Source: Ginglymostoma cirratum
Lineage: Eukaryota
NCBI GenBank assembly: GCA_024137785.1
Contig: JAHRHZ010000041.1
Location: forward strand, 5,531,052-5,595,051
Reading direction: 5' to 3'
DNA length: 64,000 nt
The first letter of the stretch is position 1. The number at the start of each line of letters is the position of its first letter. Positions 49,380-60,920 of this stretch are shown here, piece by piece. The notes under the pieces are model-generated. The model saw only the letters and a list, made by a program, of their open reading frames with translations, had not been told where the DNA came from and ran no database searches. The position numbers and the translations under genes were made by a program.

Positions 49380-50105
49380 GCAGGAGCAGAAATAGGCCAT
49401 TCAGCCCAGAGCATGCTCCATCAGGCACAGATCATGGCTGATGAGGATTATCCTCAACTCTCCAGTGTCATCCCAGTGACCTTCTCTGGACTGCCTCTAA
49501 TGCCAGGATATCTTTTCTCACATAAGGGGTTAAAAACCATTCACAGAATTCCAATTGTGATCTTTGCATAGTTTTAGCAAAACCGCTCTACTTTTAAATT
49601 CCATTTCCTTTGAATAAAAAGGCCAATATTCTATTTGTCTTTCCGATACCCATCAAACTTGGATACTAGCTTTTTGTGATTCATGCGCAAGGTCTCATAA
49701 ATCCTCAGCTCTGTAGCTTTCCACAGCCTAATAATATTCAGCTCCTCTATTTTCTCTGCCAAAGCATATCACCTCACATACATATTCCGTTTATCAAGTT
49801 TTGCCCATTCGCTTAACCTGCCTATATCCCTCCCCAGGCGCTGTCATATTTGACCTATTTTTGTATCACCTGCAAACTTGGTAACACTGGATTCACTTTC
49901 TTCATCCAAGTCATTAATATATTGTAAATAATCATGACCCCAACATGGATCTTTATACCACTCCATGAATTACAGGTGCCCACCAGAAAATACCCCCTTA
50001 TCCCAATTCTGTTTTTTTATTAGTTAAGCAACTGTTGATTTATGTTAACTTGCTACCTCCAACACCATAGGCTCTTACCTTATAAAACAGTCTAATGTGT
50101 GGTAC
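49380..50105 (-). mobile_element. Degraded CR1 in SC5D intron 1
   Basis: Antisense CR1 tail and RT remnants (TCACCTGCAAACTTGG, TCATCCAAGTCATTAAT). Confidence 0.75.
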
Positions 50106-50759
50106 CCTCCAGTCAACACTGTCTCAGAATTAGGTTGTGGTTATCAGACTGATGACCTGCTGATACCACTGCAATCAATCTGTTAAGTTGTTTTTTTTGT
50201 TTGGGCTAACTAACCCCCACTTTCATTTATATAGTAGCTCAAACCTGCCTCTTCTCTCTCCCCACACCACCAGTGTTAGAGGTGTGCATCAAGATGCCTT
50301 TTGAAGGTTTGCACAACCAGATCGGATTGTGGATTAACAAAACCTCTTGCACTCAACTCCAAAGTACAAGGGTTTTTTTTAAAAAAAAGGGTCTGATCCA
50401 GGAGGCAGCCCCTCTGGCAGTGCTGCACACCCCCTCAGTACTGCAGTGGGTGTAACCTCTGACCCCGGGGTGGATGGTTTGTCAGGGCCACCTTTCGCAA
50501 GCACGAGGCTCCCAAACCATGATCTAATTAAGCCCCAGGCAACTGCCCCTGTAACTCCCTACCATCATCCTTACCCGTTCACTTCCCCTAGCACCCACCA
50601 CTCTATAACTAACATCACTAGTCCTCCTCACTACCTTCCGGTCAGTTCCCCACTGGGCCTGCTCAGTTACTCCTCTTCTTCCCCCTTCCCTTACCCCTAG
50701 GGCCGAGTACCCTCTTCCCCTCCCCTTATCCCCAGGGCTAGTTACCCCTCCCCTTCTCT

Positions 50760-51130
50760 CCTTACCCCAGATTGGTTGCCCCACTCCTACCGGCTGACCG
50801 AGCCTCCGAGGGAAATCTCAAAGCGTCAGTCCCTGAGGCCACTTCTTCGCACAGCATCGACACTCGCTGGTTGCTAAGGGAACGCCCAGGCCCCGCCCCC
50901 ACCCCGCGGCTGGTGAGTGACGGCAGAGTTCGACCAATCAGAGCTCGCGACTCCCACAAGCACTCCACATCTATTGGACAACTTGGCCATCCGTAACGCC
51001 CGATAGCGCCGTTTAACCAATGACTTGAGGAGACGGCAAAGTCTACCAATCATGTGGTGATAGGTGGGGTTTACGGACCCAGTGACAAACACCTCCTCGG
51101 CTCCGATTGGCTGTGTAGTGGCCTGATTGT
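50760..51130 (-). promoter_or_regulatory. SC5D: SC5D CpG-rich promoter and probable non-coding first exon
   Basis: Local CpG enrichment. CCAAT/ATTGG boxes at 50934, 50973, 51017, 51046 and 51106; GC box CCCCGCCCCC 50891-50900; SRE-like GTGGTGAT 51054-51061 and GTGGCCTGAT 51118-51127; X-box-like GTTGCTAAGGGAAC 50870-50883. Candidate minus-strand donor GGG|GTAAGG near 50765. Lies ~5 kb upstream of the first coding exon, whose acceptor requires an upstream exon. Confidence 0.8.
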
Positions 51131-51538
51131 ATCGTCATTAATAGAACCATCAGCTGTTCTCTCCTAAAGGGGCAGATCCCTGGGATTTAAAGGGGCAAAA
51201 GCCTTCGGAATTAAAGGATCAGTTACTGTGGGATTTAAAGGGAAAACAATACTGGTATTTAATAGGGCACCAATACTGACAACTATTGAGCATGTGCATA
51301 GGATGTTATGACAGATTATTGTCACAAGAGGATGGAATCAGGACCTGAGTGTATAGGATCTCATTCTGACTCTCTGACCTCCCGTAATGTGTTTAATGTT
51401 GATATATAGTTACTATACAATTTAATCACACTTTCCAGCTCTTGATCCGCAATACTTCAAGGCGTAATCCAACCACTTCTTAAATATTCCAAGTGAATCT
51501 GCCTCTACTGCTCTTTCAGACTGCAAGTTTGAAATCTG

Positions 51539-52055
51539 AGATAACAAGGTGTAGAGCTGGATGAACACAGCAGGCCAAGCAGCATCAGAGGAGCTGGAAA
51601 GCTGACGTTTCGGGCCTAGACCAAGGTGGGACCATTTCTGAAGAAGGATCTCGGCCTGAAACGTCAGCTTTCCTGCTCCTCTGATGCTGCTTGGCCTGCT
51701 GTGTTCATCCAGCTCTATACCTTGTTATCTCAGATTCTCCAGCATGTGCAGTGCCTACTATCTCTGAAACAAGTTTGAAATCTGTTCTGTGTGAAATCAA
51801 ATCCCTTCTAAATCTCCCATCTTGTACTCCGGTAGGCCTAGACCAAGGTGGGACCATTTCTGAAGAAGGATCTCGGCCCGAAACGTCAGCTTTCCTGCTC
51901 CTCTGATGCTGCTTGGCCTGCTGTGTTCATCCAGCTCTATACCTTGTTATCTCAGATTCTCCAGCATCTGCAGTACCTACTATCTCTGAAACAAGTTTGA
52001 AATCTGTTCTGTGTGAAATCAAATCCCTTCTAAATCTCCCATCTTGTACTCTGGT
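51539..52055 (+). mobile_element. PLE-derived hairpin element with a 222-bp tandem duplication of its 3' arm plus flank
   Basis: 15-bp TSD CAAGTTTGAAATCTG at 51524-51538 and 51770-51784; 51613-51833 is repeated at 51835-52055. Confidence 0.9.
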
Positions 52056-53180
52056 CTACTGATGCCATTTACTTATGGGAATTTCAACTCTGGAGTTTAA
52101 GGTTCAGTAATTTGGGGTTCTAATGGGCTACAATCATGCAAATGAGCGTAATAAAATACTAGACCATCTGTACATTACACTGCCACAAAATGACAATGAC
52201 TAGGAATCTCTGGAGAATGAGCATGTGATTTTGAATGCTATGCTCAAGGCCTTCCTTGACATGTCAGTGCCAGAGTGACTGAAATGCATAGTTATTATCA
52301 GGGACAACATTATTCTTTCACTTGTCAAATTTCCTTTGAATTAGTCATTAAAGTTTTCACCATGAACAAAAGGAGCACTTGTTGACTGTTACTGATGATG
52401 GTAATTTTTATTTTAGTTGGTCATTCTAATGAAAAATTTAAACTGACAGTAACCCTGGCAATTAATGGGACTGCAATCCAGAAATTAACTAATGGACTGT
52501 ATTTATATAGCATTTCTAACATAGTACAATGCCTCAAGCGAGTTAATGTAAGCAATCATCAAAATTTGATCCCAAACCAACCAAGAATTCCTAAGACAGG
52601 TGACCAAAAGCTTGGTCAGAAAGGAGAGAAAAACAGTGGAGAGCTTTAGAAAGGGAATTCCAGAACTTAAGGCTTGGTTGTCGAAGACATGAGTGGCAGT
52701 GGTGATTCTCAGATGCTGGCTAATCAATGTGAACTTTCTGTGAGTATGGCTGTATCAGCTTAAACATCAATATGAATTCTGATCACTATCTACCCAATGT
52801 TTATGACCCCGAATTATGCCTTGTCAGCCAACATGTTCCAGATAAATGAAATGAAAAGTTTGAAATCAGTAATTATTCAGTCAGAGTTGGCCACTGCTCC
52901 CTAATACTGGTGGTAAATAGGACTAGATTAATTTGGGATATTTGATTGACCTGGATGAGTTGGACTGAAGGGTTTGTTTCCAAGCTGTTTGGCTCTATGA
53001 CTGTATAAGCTTCATTTATAAAGCTGTGACATAAGTGTTCTAGCTGACCATTGATGCAGATATTCAGGTTTGTCATGTGTGGTGCAGGTGATGAACTATT
53101 TCAATGTAAATAAATAATTGTTGGAATAGTACAAACATGATGCCTTGCATCATGTGCACTGATTGAATACATGTTTAGTG

Positions 53181-53816
53181 TGTGATGACATGGGCCTTCA
53201 AGAGGGATTATCAATCCTGTTTCCCTTAAAGTGGGGTGTTGTAAAACTGCTGCCAAGGTGTCTGCTCCACAGAAAGCAGAGTACATAGCTTTGGGTTTTT
53301 TAAAAAAATTAGACAAAAGAAGCAGGAGTGGTTGGAGTCAAGCTCAGACAGTCCCAGGGTTTTAGTTTTTGCTTTCAGTTGTTGAAGTTGAGAGATCTTG
53401 CAATTGAAGCTGCTAGATACAGCTCTCTTTCTCTGCTGCTGGATTCATTCTGTCAATGTTTCTTCTCCTGAGCTGCAGGAAATAACAAATGAGGGATGTC
53501 TGTTTTGCTGAATATGCCTGTGTCATGTGTGTGTTTGTAGGATGCTGCTATTTTGGAACAGTTGATGAGTAGTAGCTAAATAATATATTATTTATTAAGT
53601 CTTTGAATAGAGTTAAAGTTATGCCAATCTTCTTTTGGTTGTATTTTAACAGTGGTGTAAGAATAATGTGTGTTTTGCTTAAAGCCTAGTAGTTCGACCA
53701 ATCATATTACTTCTGGAACACAGCACCTTACACTTACCTTTAAATAAGATAAGAGTTAGGGTCTAGGCTATCTCCTTGATATACTTTGAAGGGGGGGGTT
53801 GTTGTAGTCCATAACA
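53181..53816 (+). mobile_element. Probable solo LTR
   Basis: TGTGATGAC...GTCCATAACA imperfect inverted termini; AGTG/AGTA 4-bp flanks. Confidence 0.45.
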
Positions 53817-54249
53817 AGTATCTCAAGATACTCATACTATTTACATAGGAATGCTATATAACTCTGGCTAAACAAAATAAAGTTGTGTTTACCCATAGTC
53901 AAAGCTTTTCTGATGATTTGCCACATCAGTTAAGTTTAAAACATACAAACAGACAATAAGCAATTGGTTTGTTGAAAGTAGTCCAAAATTTTTATATGGT
54001 TTCTATTTTTAAGTATTGATTTGTTAGTTTCAATCACGAAATATTTTTGAAAGTTCATTTTGCGCTGGCTAAGATTCCACGGAGCTGATCCAGTAATAAA
54101 ACCACTGAAACTACCAGTTTAGTGAAAAGCATTACTGCACCTAAAGTGATTTCATAGCAGCACGTTTAGAACTGACTCTGGCCGTTTCACCACTGAGGCT
54201 ATTCTACTCAATGTTTTCATGAAAGAGAATACTTGTTTTAATGACATTT

Positions 54250-54563
54250 GGGATGGCATGGTTGCTCAGTGGTTAGCACTGCTGCCTCACAGCGCAGATT
54301 TGATTCCAACCTCGGGCGACTGTCTGTGTGGAGTTTGCACATTCTCCCCGTGTCTGCGTGGGTTTCCTCCAGGCGCTCTGGTTTCCTCCCATAGTCCAAA
54401 GATGTGCAGGTTTGGTGGATTGGCCATGCTAAATTGCCCACAGGGTCTAGGGTAGGAAATGCAGAGATATGATAGGAGGTGGGCCTGAGTGGGATGCTCT
54501 TTGGAGTGTCGGTGTGGACTCGATGGGTCAAACGGCCTGCTTCCACACTGTAGGGGTTCAATG
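54250..54563 (+). mobile_element. HE1/V-SINE
   Basis: Head, V domain and tail. Confidence 0.88.
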
Positions 54564-55569
54564 ATGCTAGGACCTGAAGTCTACATATTATGTGTGCAGA
54601 GAATTGTTTTAATGTGCAGCCACTGTTATAGTATAAACAAATGTGACAGTTGTTGTCACAGCTTATTGGACACCAGTCTTAGATTTACTGTGTCTTTAGT
54701 AAACTGGCAGTAAAGGCCTGTCGTGTGGGCTTCAGGGTAGAAGTCACATGACTAATGCAAGGCAGGAGGCACACCTACAGTATCGCATTTCTATCTCAAA
54801 CATCCCCCTGTTCATACAAAAGATATTCCAAGCATCATCATTTATACTGAGATAGCCAAGATACTAATAATGCCATAAAGTGTCCTCATGCATTAGCAGT
54901 TCTCTATTCTTGTCAGTTTCTGCACATGCCTTACATGTATGGTCTTTAAATCTGTTTATGGTATGCTAGTATGTTGTCATTGGCTGTTCATTCGGGCACA
55001 GTTCCTTCTCCACAAAGTCTTACCTGTTATTGCCATGGTTGAAGTTGTTGCTCCATTTCTGTTGGTTGGGTGCTATTGACCTCTGCAATCAATGATTAAT
55101 CTGTAGACGTTGCAGATGGTGAGTGATAGGCCACCTGCAGAGAAAGAATGGCAGTAGTTGTGCCTGTTATTGTGGTGTTATATCTAGTCATTCCACTTCC
55201 ACTGCACTATCAAGGTGCCAATTGCTTTGTTCAGATTATCCAATTGGGCTGACTCTCATTCAGGACATTTAAAGTTCACACCTTGACTGACTCTCCAATG
55301 TTTCAACTCTGGCAATTGTTTGGCAGTTGCGTCAAGATGAAATTTGGTATTCCGAAATTTCACCTTGATTTTGTCACTCCAGGAATTCAAGAGGCATGCA
55401 TTGCCCAGGCAGTTGTATAAGATTGCTGAGAGGGGAAGGAAGAAAATTGGGAATGCTCAAGAGACCAGAATTAGAGGAGTGTGCTTAATTTAGAGGATTT
55501 GACATTGGAGGAGATGAGAAATAAGGAGGGGTAGGGCCATAAAATTTAGAAATAAAGGTGATAATTTTA

Positions 55570-56165
55570 CATAAGAACATAAGCACATAAGAACCAAGAG
55601 CAGTAGTAGGCCCCTCGAGCCTGCCCTGCCATTTAATAAGATCATGGCTGATCTTTTTGAGACTCAGCTCCACTTACCCGCCCACTCACCATAACCCTTA
55701 ATTTCTTTACTGTTCGAAAATTTATCTAACCTTGCCTTAAACACATGCAGCGAGGTAGCTTCAACCACTTCACTGGGCAGGGAATTCCATAGATTCACAA
55801 CCCTTTGGGTGAAGAAATTCCTCCTGACCTCAGTTCTACATCTGCTTCCCTTTATTTTGAGGCTATGCCCCCTAGTCCTAGTTTCACCTGCCAGTGGAAA
55901 CAACCTCCCTGCCTCCACCTTATCTATTCCCTTCATAATCTCATATGTTTCTATAAGATCTCCCCTCATTCTTCTGAATTCCAATGAGTATAATCCCAGC
56001 CTACTCAGTCCCTCCTCATAATCCAACCCTCTCAATTCTGGAATCAATCAAGTGAATCTCCTCTGCACCCCCTCCAGTGCTAGTATATCCCTTCTCAAGT
56101 AAGGAGACCAAAACTGCACACAGTACTCCAGGTGTGGCCTCACCAGGACCCTATACAGCTGCAGC
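55570..56165 (-). mobile_element. 5'-truncated CR1 LINE
   Basis: ORF 55664-56047: LYSLEFRRMRGDLIETYEIMKG...FFTQRVVNLWNSLP; (CATAAGAA)n tail. Confidence 0.9.
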
Positions 56166-56392
56166 ATTTTAATTGATTTGAGGTGTTGCTTAGCCAGGAA
56201 CCAATGTAGGTCAACATCAATAATAATGAAATAGATTAGGGAGGTGACATGCTCATTATTTCTAATATTCTGGTCTGTGATGTAATTTAAACTTCTTGGG
56301 TGTGTCCATTAACACAACCTAATGATGGTGGAGTCATTCAAGTGACACTCCAAGGACTTGAGCAAGCAACCTTGGCACATACTTCAGCACCA

Positions 56393-56808
56393 ATGAGGAG
56401 AGATTGACTAGGTTAGGATTGTTTTTGCTGGAGTTCAGACGAATGATGGGGGATCTTATAGAAACTTGTAAAATTCTAACAGAACTGGACAGGGTAGATG
56501 CAGGGAGGATGTTCGCAGTCTGACGATTTGGAGTAGACCATTTTGGACGGAGATGAGGAGACATTTTGTCACCCAAAGAGTGGTGAGCCTGTGGAATTCA
56601 TTATCACAGGAAGTAGTTGATTCCAAAACATTGAATGTATTCAAGGGGCAGCTAGATATAGCACTTTGGGTGAATGGGATTGAACGTTATGGGGAGAAAG
56701 CAGGGTCAGATTATTGAGTTGGATGATCAGCCATCATCGTGATGAATGGCAGAACAGGCTCAAAGGGCTGAATGGCCTCCTCCTGCTCCTATTTTCTAGG
56801 TTTCTATG
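56393..56808 (+). mobile_element. CR1 3' fragment, opposite orientation to 55570-56165
   Basis: GGGGATCTTATAGAAACT...TGTGGAATTCATTA...CR1 tail. Confidence 0.85.
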
Positions 56809-57367
56809 CAGCATTTGCATAACATACATTTAGTCCTTCATGTCTGTTCCATCATCTGTGTGGTGTGTGGCTTATTTGTATCTAAATTCCATTCACTCAT
56901 CTTTGTTCCATTTCCCTTGACATCCTTGGTGAATAAAAAATAGTTACCCTTAGTCTTGAACATTTCCGCTGACTCCTGGCATCTAAAAATAAAGTTGCTG
57001 AAGTATTATCAGACAGCAGGGCTGCTCTCTCATTACAGGAGGATGATTGATGGTGGTTTAACCTGAAGGTCACCATGTCTCAGGTGAACAGTGAAAAGGA
57101 CAATTCTTCATGGTAACCTCAGCCAGTGTGGGAGTTGAACCCAGTCTACATCACAAACTGGTCTTTCATCCAAATCAGCTAACCAGCCCCCTCTACAGCA
57201 ACTACAGTCTGGTTAGACAGAGTTCCAGATTTGCACTAATCATTGTGTGAAGAAAATGTTTCTTGATTTCATTCCTAAAGATTTAACTGGATGTTAAGAA
57301 TAAATCCCCTACCATAGGGAGCTTGTGGGTTCCATATCTATCCAACATAATCCCTTTTATCATTTTC

Positions 57368-57783
57368 ACAGAATCCCTACAGTGTGGAAACAGGCCCTTT
57401 GGCCCAACAAGTCCACACTAACCCTCAGAGCATCCCACCCAGACCCAGACCCTGTAAACCCACCTAATCTACACACCCCTGAACACCATGGGCAATTTAG
57501 CATGGCCAATGCACCTAGTGCACACATCTTTGGACTGTGGGAAGAACCTGGAGTAGCTGGACGAAACCCATGCAGACATGGGGAGCATGTGCAAACTCCA
57601 CACAGACGGTTGCCTGAGGGTGGAATTGAACCCAGGTCCCTGGTGCTGTGAGGCAGCAGTGCTAGCCACTGAGCCACTGTGCCACCCCAACATGTGCAAA
57701 CTCCACACAGACAGTTGTCCGAGGGTGGAATCAAACCTGAGTCCCTGGTGCTGTGAGGCAGCAGTGCTAACCACTGCACCACC
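57368..57783 (-). mobile_element. HE1/V-SINE with a tandemly duplicated 5' head
   Basis: CATGTGCAAACTCCACACAGAC...GCAGTGCTA.CCACTG occurs at both 57586 and 57691. Confidence 0.88.
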
Positions 57784-58159
57784 TCTATATATTTTTTTCT
57801 CACAAGCACCTTGATAATATTAGCCTGTCAATCCCTTACACTTAAGGGAATATAAGCCAAGTATTCACAACCTGTCCACATAAACCAATGATTTCAATCT
57901 TTCCAAGGACACATCTCTACTCATTTTTTAAAAATTTAACCTATTTTTCCTGTAATCAACCTGTGCAGAGATGTCATGCACTGCTGGAGCAAGTAAACCT
58001 GGAACTCTGGGTAGAGACAGAACCTCTATGCCATAGGAGGGCCCTGCATAGTTGCTGCTCATATAAGCAACTCTATTTAGTTCAATTGATTGAATGCCAG
58101 GCTTTTAATCAACTTCTGCATCAAATCCTGGTAAGGTGCATTTAATCTTGAATCTTTTC

Positions 58160-58510
58160 AATGTTTAAAAGAATGCGCCTATAAAGAAACTTTCAAACCT
58201 TAGGACATCCCAATGGGATTTACAGCAATTAAGTTCTTTTGAAGTTTAATCATTGTTTTAATGTAGGGAATACAACAACGAAATAACACACATCGAGATC
58301 CCACAAAGAGCAATGTGATATGACCAGATAATCTGTTTAAGTAATGTTGATTGAAGATGAGTATTGTTCCAGGACAGGGGAAGAATCTCTCTTCTCTTCA
58401 TTAAAACTAATACCATAGAATCATTTACATCTACCTAAGAGGGTGTTGAGCCTTGGTTTAACATCTCACCTGAAAGACAGCTCTGACAGGACAGCGCTCC
58501 CTCAAGCATC
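58160..58510 (-). mobile_element. DeuSINE fragment
   Basis: GATCCCACAAA.AGCAATGTGATA.TGACCAGATAATCTGTTT. Confidence 0.7.
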
Positions 58511-59319
58511 TGCTCAAGTGATTCAAAGTAATGGTTTTCTCAAATTGAGAAAGAACCAGGAGTTTATTCAAAGTTTTCACTCTGTATTTTTGATGGTGAA
58601 GTCTACACAGAGTCTAGATGGGCAGATCAAAGTTCAATAACTTGAGACCCAGGGATCCAAGGAGGCTGCAGGAATTATTGCTGTGCTGGGCCTAGGAAGT
58701 GAAGTTCCAGGTCAGGAGAAGGAAAGGGACTGGCGCTTAATGCCTGCCCAAAGGCACATAGCTTATTGAGGTTTACCACGAACTTCCAAATGAATATAAA
58801 GCTTCCACCTGTCTCCTTGTCTGATTTCGAACTGGCAAAAGATGAGTTGGATGCTGACGTGAAACCAGAGAGTGCTAGAGAAATACAGCAAGTTTGGCAG
58901 CATCTGTGGTGTAAGAAACTGTGTTAACAATTCAAGTCAAATATAACTTATTCAGAACTGTGAATTGGACGCTGTTCTCTCGGTCAGGCAACTGCGTAAA
59001 GCAGCAACAAATAAATTGGGTACAACCAAATGCTGGAAATATGCAACAGAGCAGTCAGCGTGCACTGAGAGAAAGGTCAAGTTACTGTTTGGAGTGCAAT
59101 CCTTTGCCAGAGGTTTGTGTAGAATCACAGACTAATACAATGCAGCAGGCTTTTCAGTCCATCATGACTGTCAGGTCTTTGGTAGAGCTCTCCTATTAAT
59201 CCCAATTCACTGCTCACGCACATTTCCCCTTCAGGTGCTTATCCAATTCCCTTTTCACAATGTTACTACTGAATCCAGCTCTGCGTTCTTTTTGGACAGC
59301 ATGCTCTAGATACTAAGTG

Positions 59320-59655
59320 CGGTGTGGTGGCTAGTACTGCTGCCTCACAGCACCAGGTTCAATTCCACCCTCAGGTGACTCTCTTGTGTGGAGTTTGCAC
59401 ATTCTCCCCATATCTGTGTGATCTTCTTCTGGGTGCTCTGATTTTTTCCCACAGTCCAAAGATGTGCAGGTTGGGTGGATTGGTCATGCTAAATTGCCCA
59501 TTGTGTCCCAGGAAATGTGCAAACTAGGTGGATTAGGTAATGGGAAATGCAGGGTTACAGGGACAGGGTAAAGGGCTGGGATCCTCTTCAGAGGGGTGGT
59601 TTGGACTTGATAGACTGAATTGCCTGCTTCTGCACTGTGGAGATTCTATGATTCT
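59320..59655 (+). mobile_element. HE1/V-SINE
   Basis: Head, V domain and GATTCTATGATTCT tail. Confidence 0.85.
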
Positions 59656-60269
59656 AGCAATTCAATATGTAAGAGTAAAGCTTCCTTTATTTGCCTGATT
59701 CGTTCGCGAATCACTTTGAATCTATCTCCTGTGGTTTTAAGTTTTTCTCAGTTTTATTTTCTCCTTATCAAAGCATACATGAATGTGAACACCTCCATCA
59801 AATCTTCTCTGGTCTTAGGAGAACAATCCTTGAGCTTACCCAGAGTAATCCTAAGATTTTCCATTCCTTTTGGTGAAGTGAAACAATAAAAAAAACTGCA
59901 GATGCTGGAGATCCGGAACAGTCAAAAAGAGAAAGGGCTGGAAAAACTCAGCAGGTCTGGCATCATCTGCGGAGAGGGAAATAGAGTTAACGTTTCCAGG
60001 CCACTTACCCTTCCTCAGTGCCTCTCTCAGAAAGAACTGTTCTCTCCATAGATGCTGATGAATTTGCTGAGTTTCTTCAGCATTTCCTGTTTTTAATCCT
60101 TCTGCAGATTCCTGCCCCCGCCAAGCCCAGGTCCTGACAAATTTGTATTGTTAGAAACAGGGGCAGCAAACAGGTAACATAACCAGAGTGTAGTGTAGAT
60201 TCACTCAGATGGAACATGTTCCACAGGCAAAGAGACACCGGGGGAAGAGATATCCTATCAGTGTAACTC

Positions 60270-60920
60270 CGCCTGTAACCTGTGATGTAAGGACGCTGTG
60301 CATTGAGTGTAGACGCTGCGAGACACTCGGTTAACCTCTTTGAAAAACGAACTTGGAGCTGATGCAAGTTTATTTCAGCCAGTAGTTACAGCCCAGCCGG
60401 TTACCGGGGTCGCCCTAATGATCTGCGTGCTGCTAGTCGCTGGACATGGGACATTGCTGGAGAGCGAGATCAAGGTGAATACTATAATTCGCCTCACGAA
60501 CGGTGCAATCATTTTGAACCCATTGAGAGCTCCGCATCTTTCAGTCCCAAGGTGCTGGATCCCTCCGCCTTTGGGCCTCTTTCGGCCACGATTCAGGAAT
60601 AAGGAGCGACATTGTTGCCAACGCTGGAAACATGCAACCGAGCAGCCAGCATCTCTAAGAGAGGTTAAGACGGGACTCCCGGTCTCTACAATGTTTCTTA
60701 GGCTTTGTTGCTGCATGCTTGCACGTTCACATCACACCAAGCATCTGTAGCCCCCTAAAACAGAATTCGCTCATGGCGCTTCTGGATTTGTTCACAACAA
60801 ATTTGGAGACGAAAAATTGCATCAGGGTTTGGAGAAATTACACGGTCTGGCTTTCTTTCTTGTGTAAAGTTTTCGTGGCCAAGTTCAAAGTCAATACGGG
60901 GCGGGGTTACAGCTGTAGTT
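60270..60920. promoter_or_regulatory. CpG-enriched non-repetitive segment; possible promoter or first exon of an unidentified + strand gene
   Basis: Many CpGs. Candidate donor AAG|GTGAAT at 60475 preceded by ATGs at 60418 (MICVLLVAGHGTLLESEIK) and 60446 (MGHCWRARS, good Kozak). No homology recognised. Confidence 0.3.
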
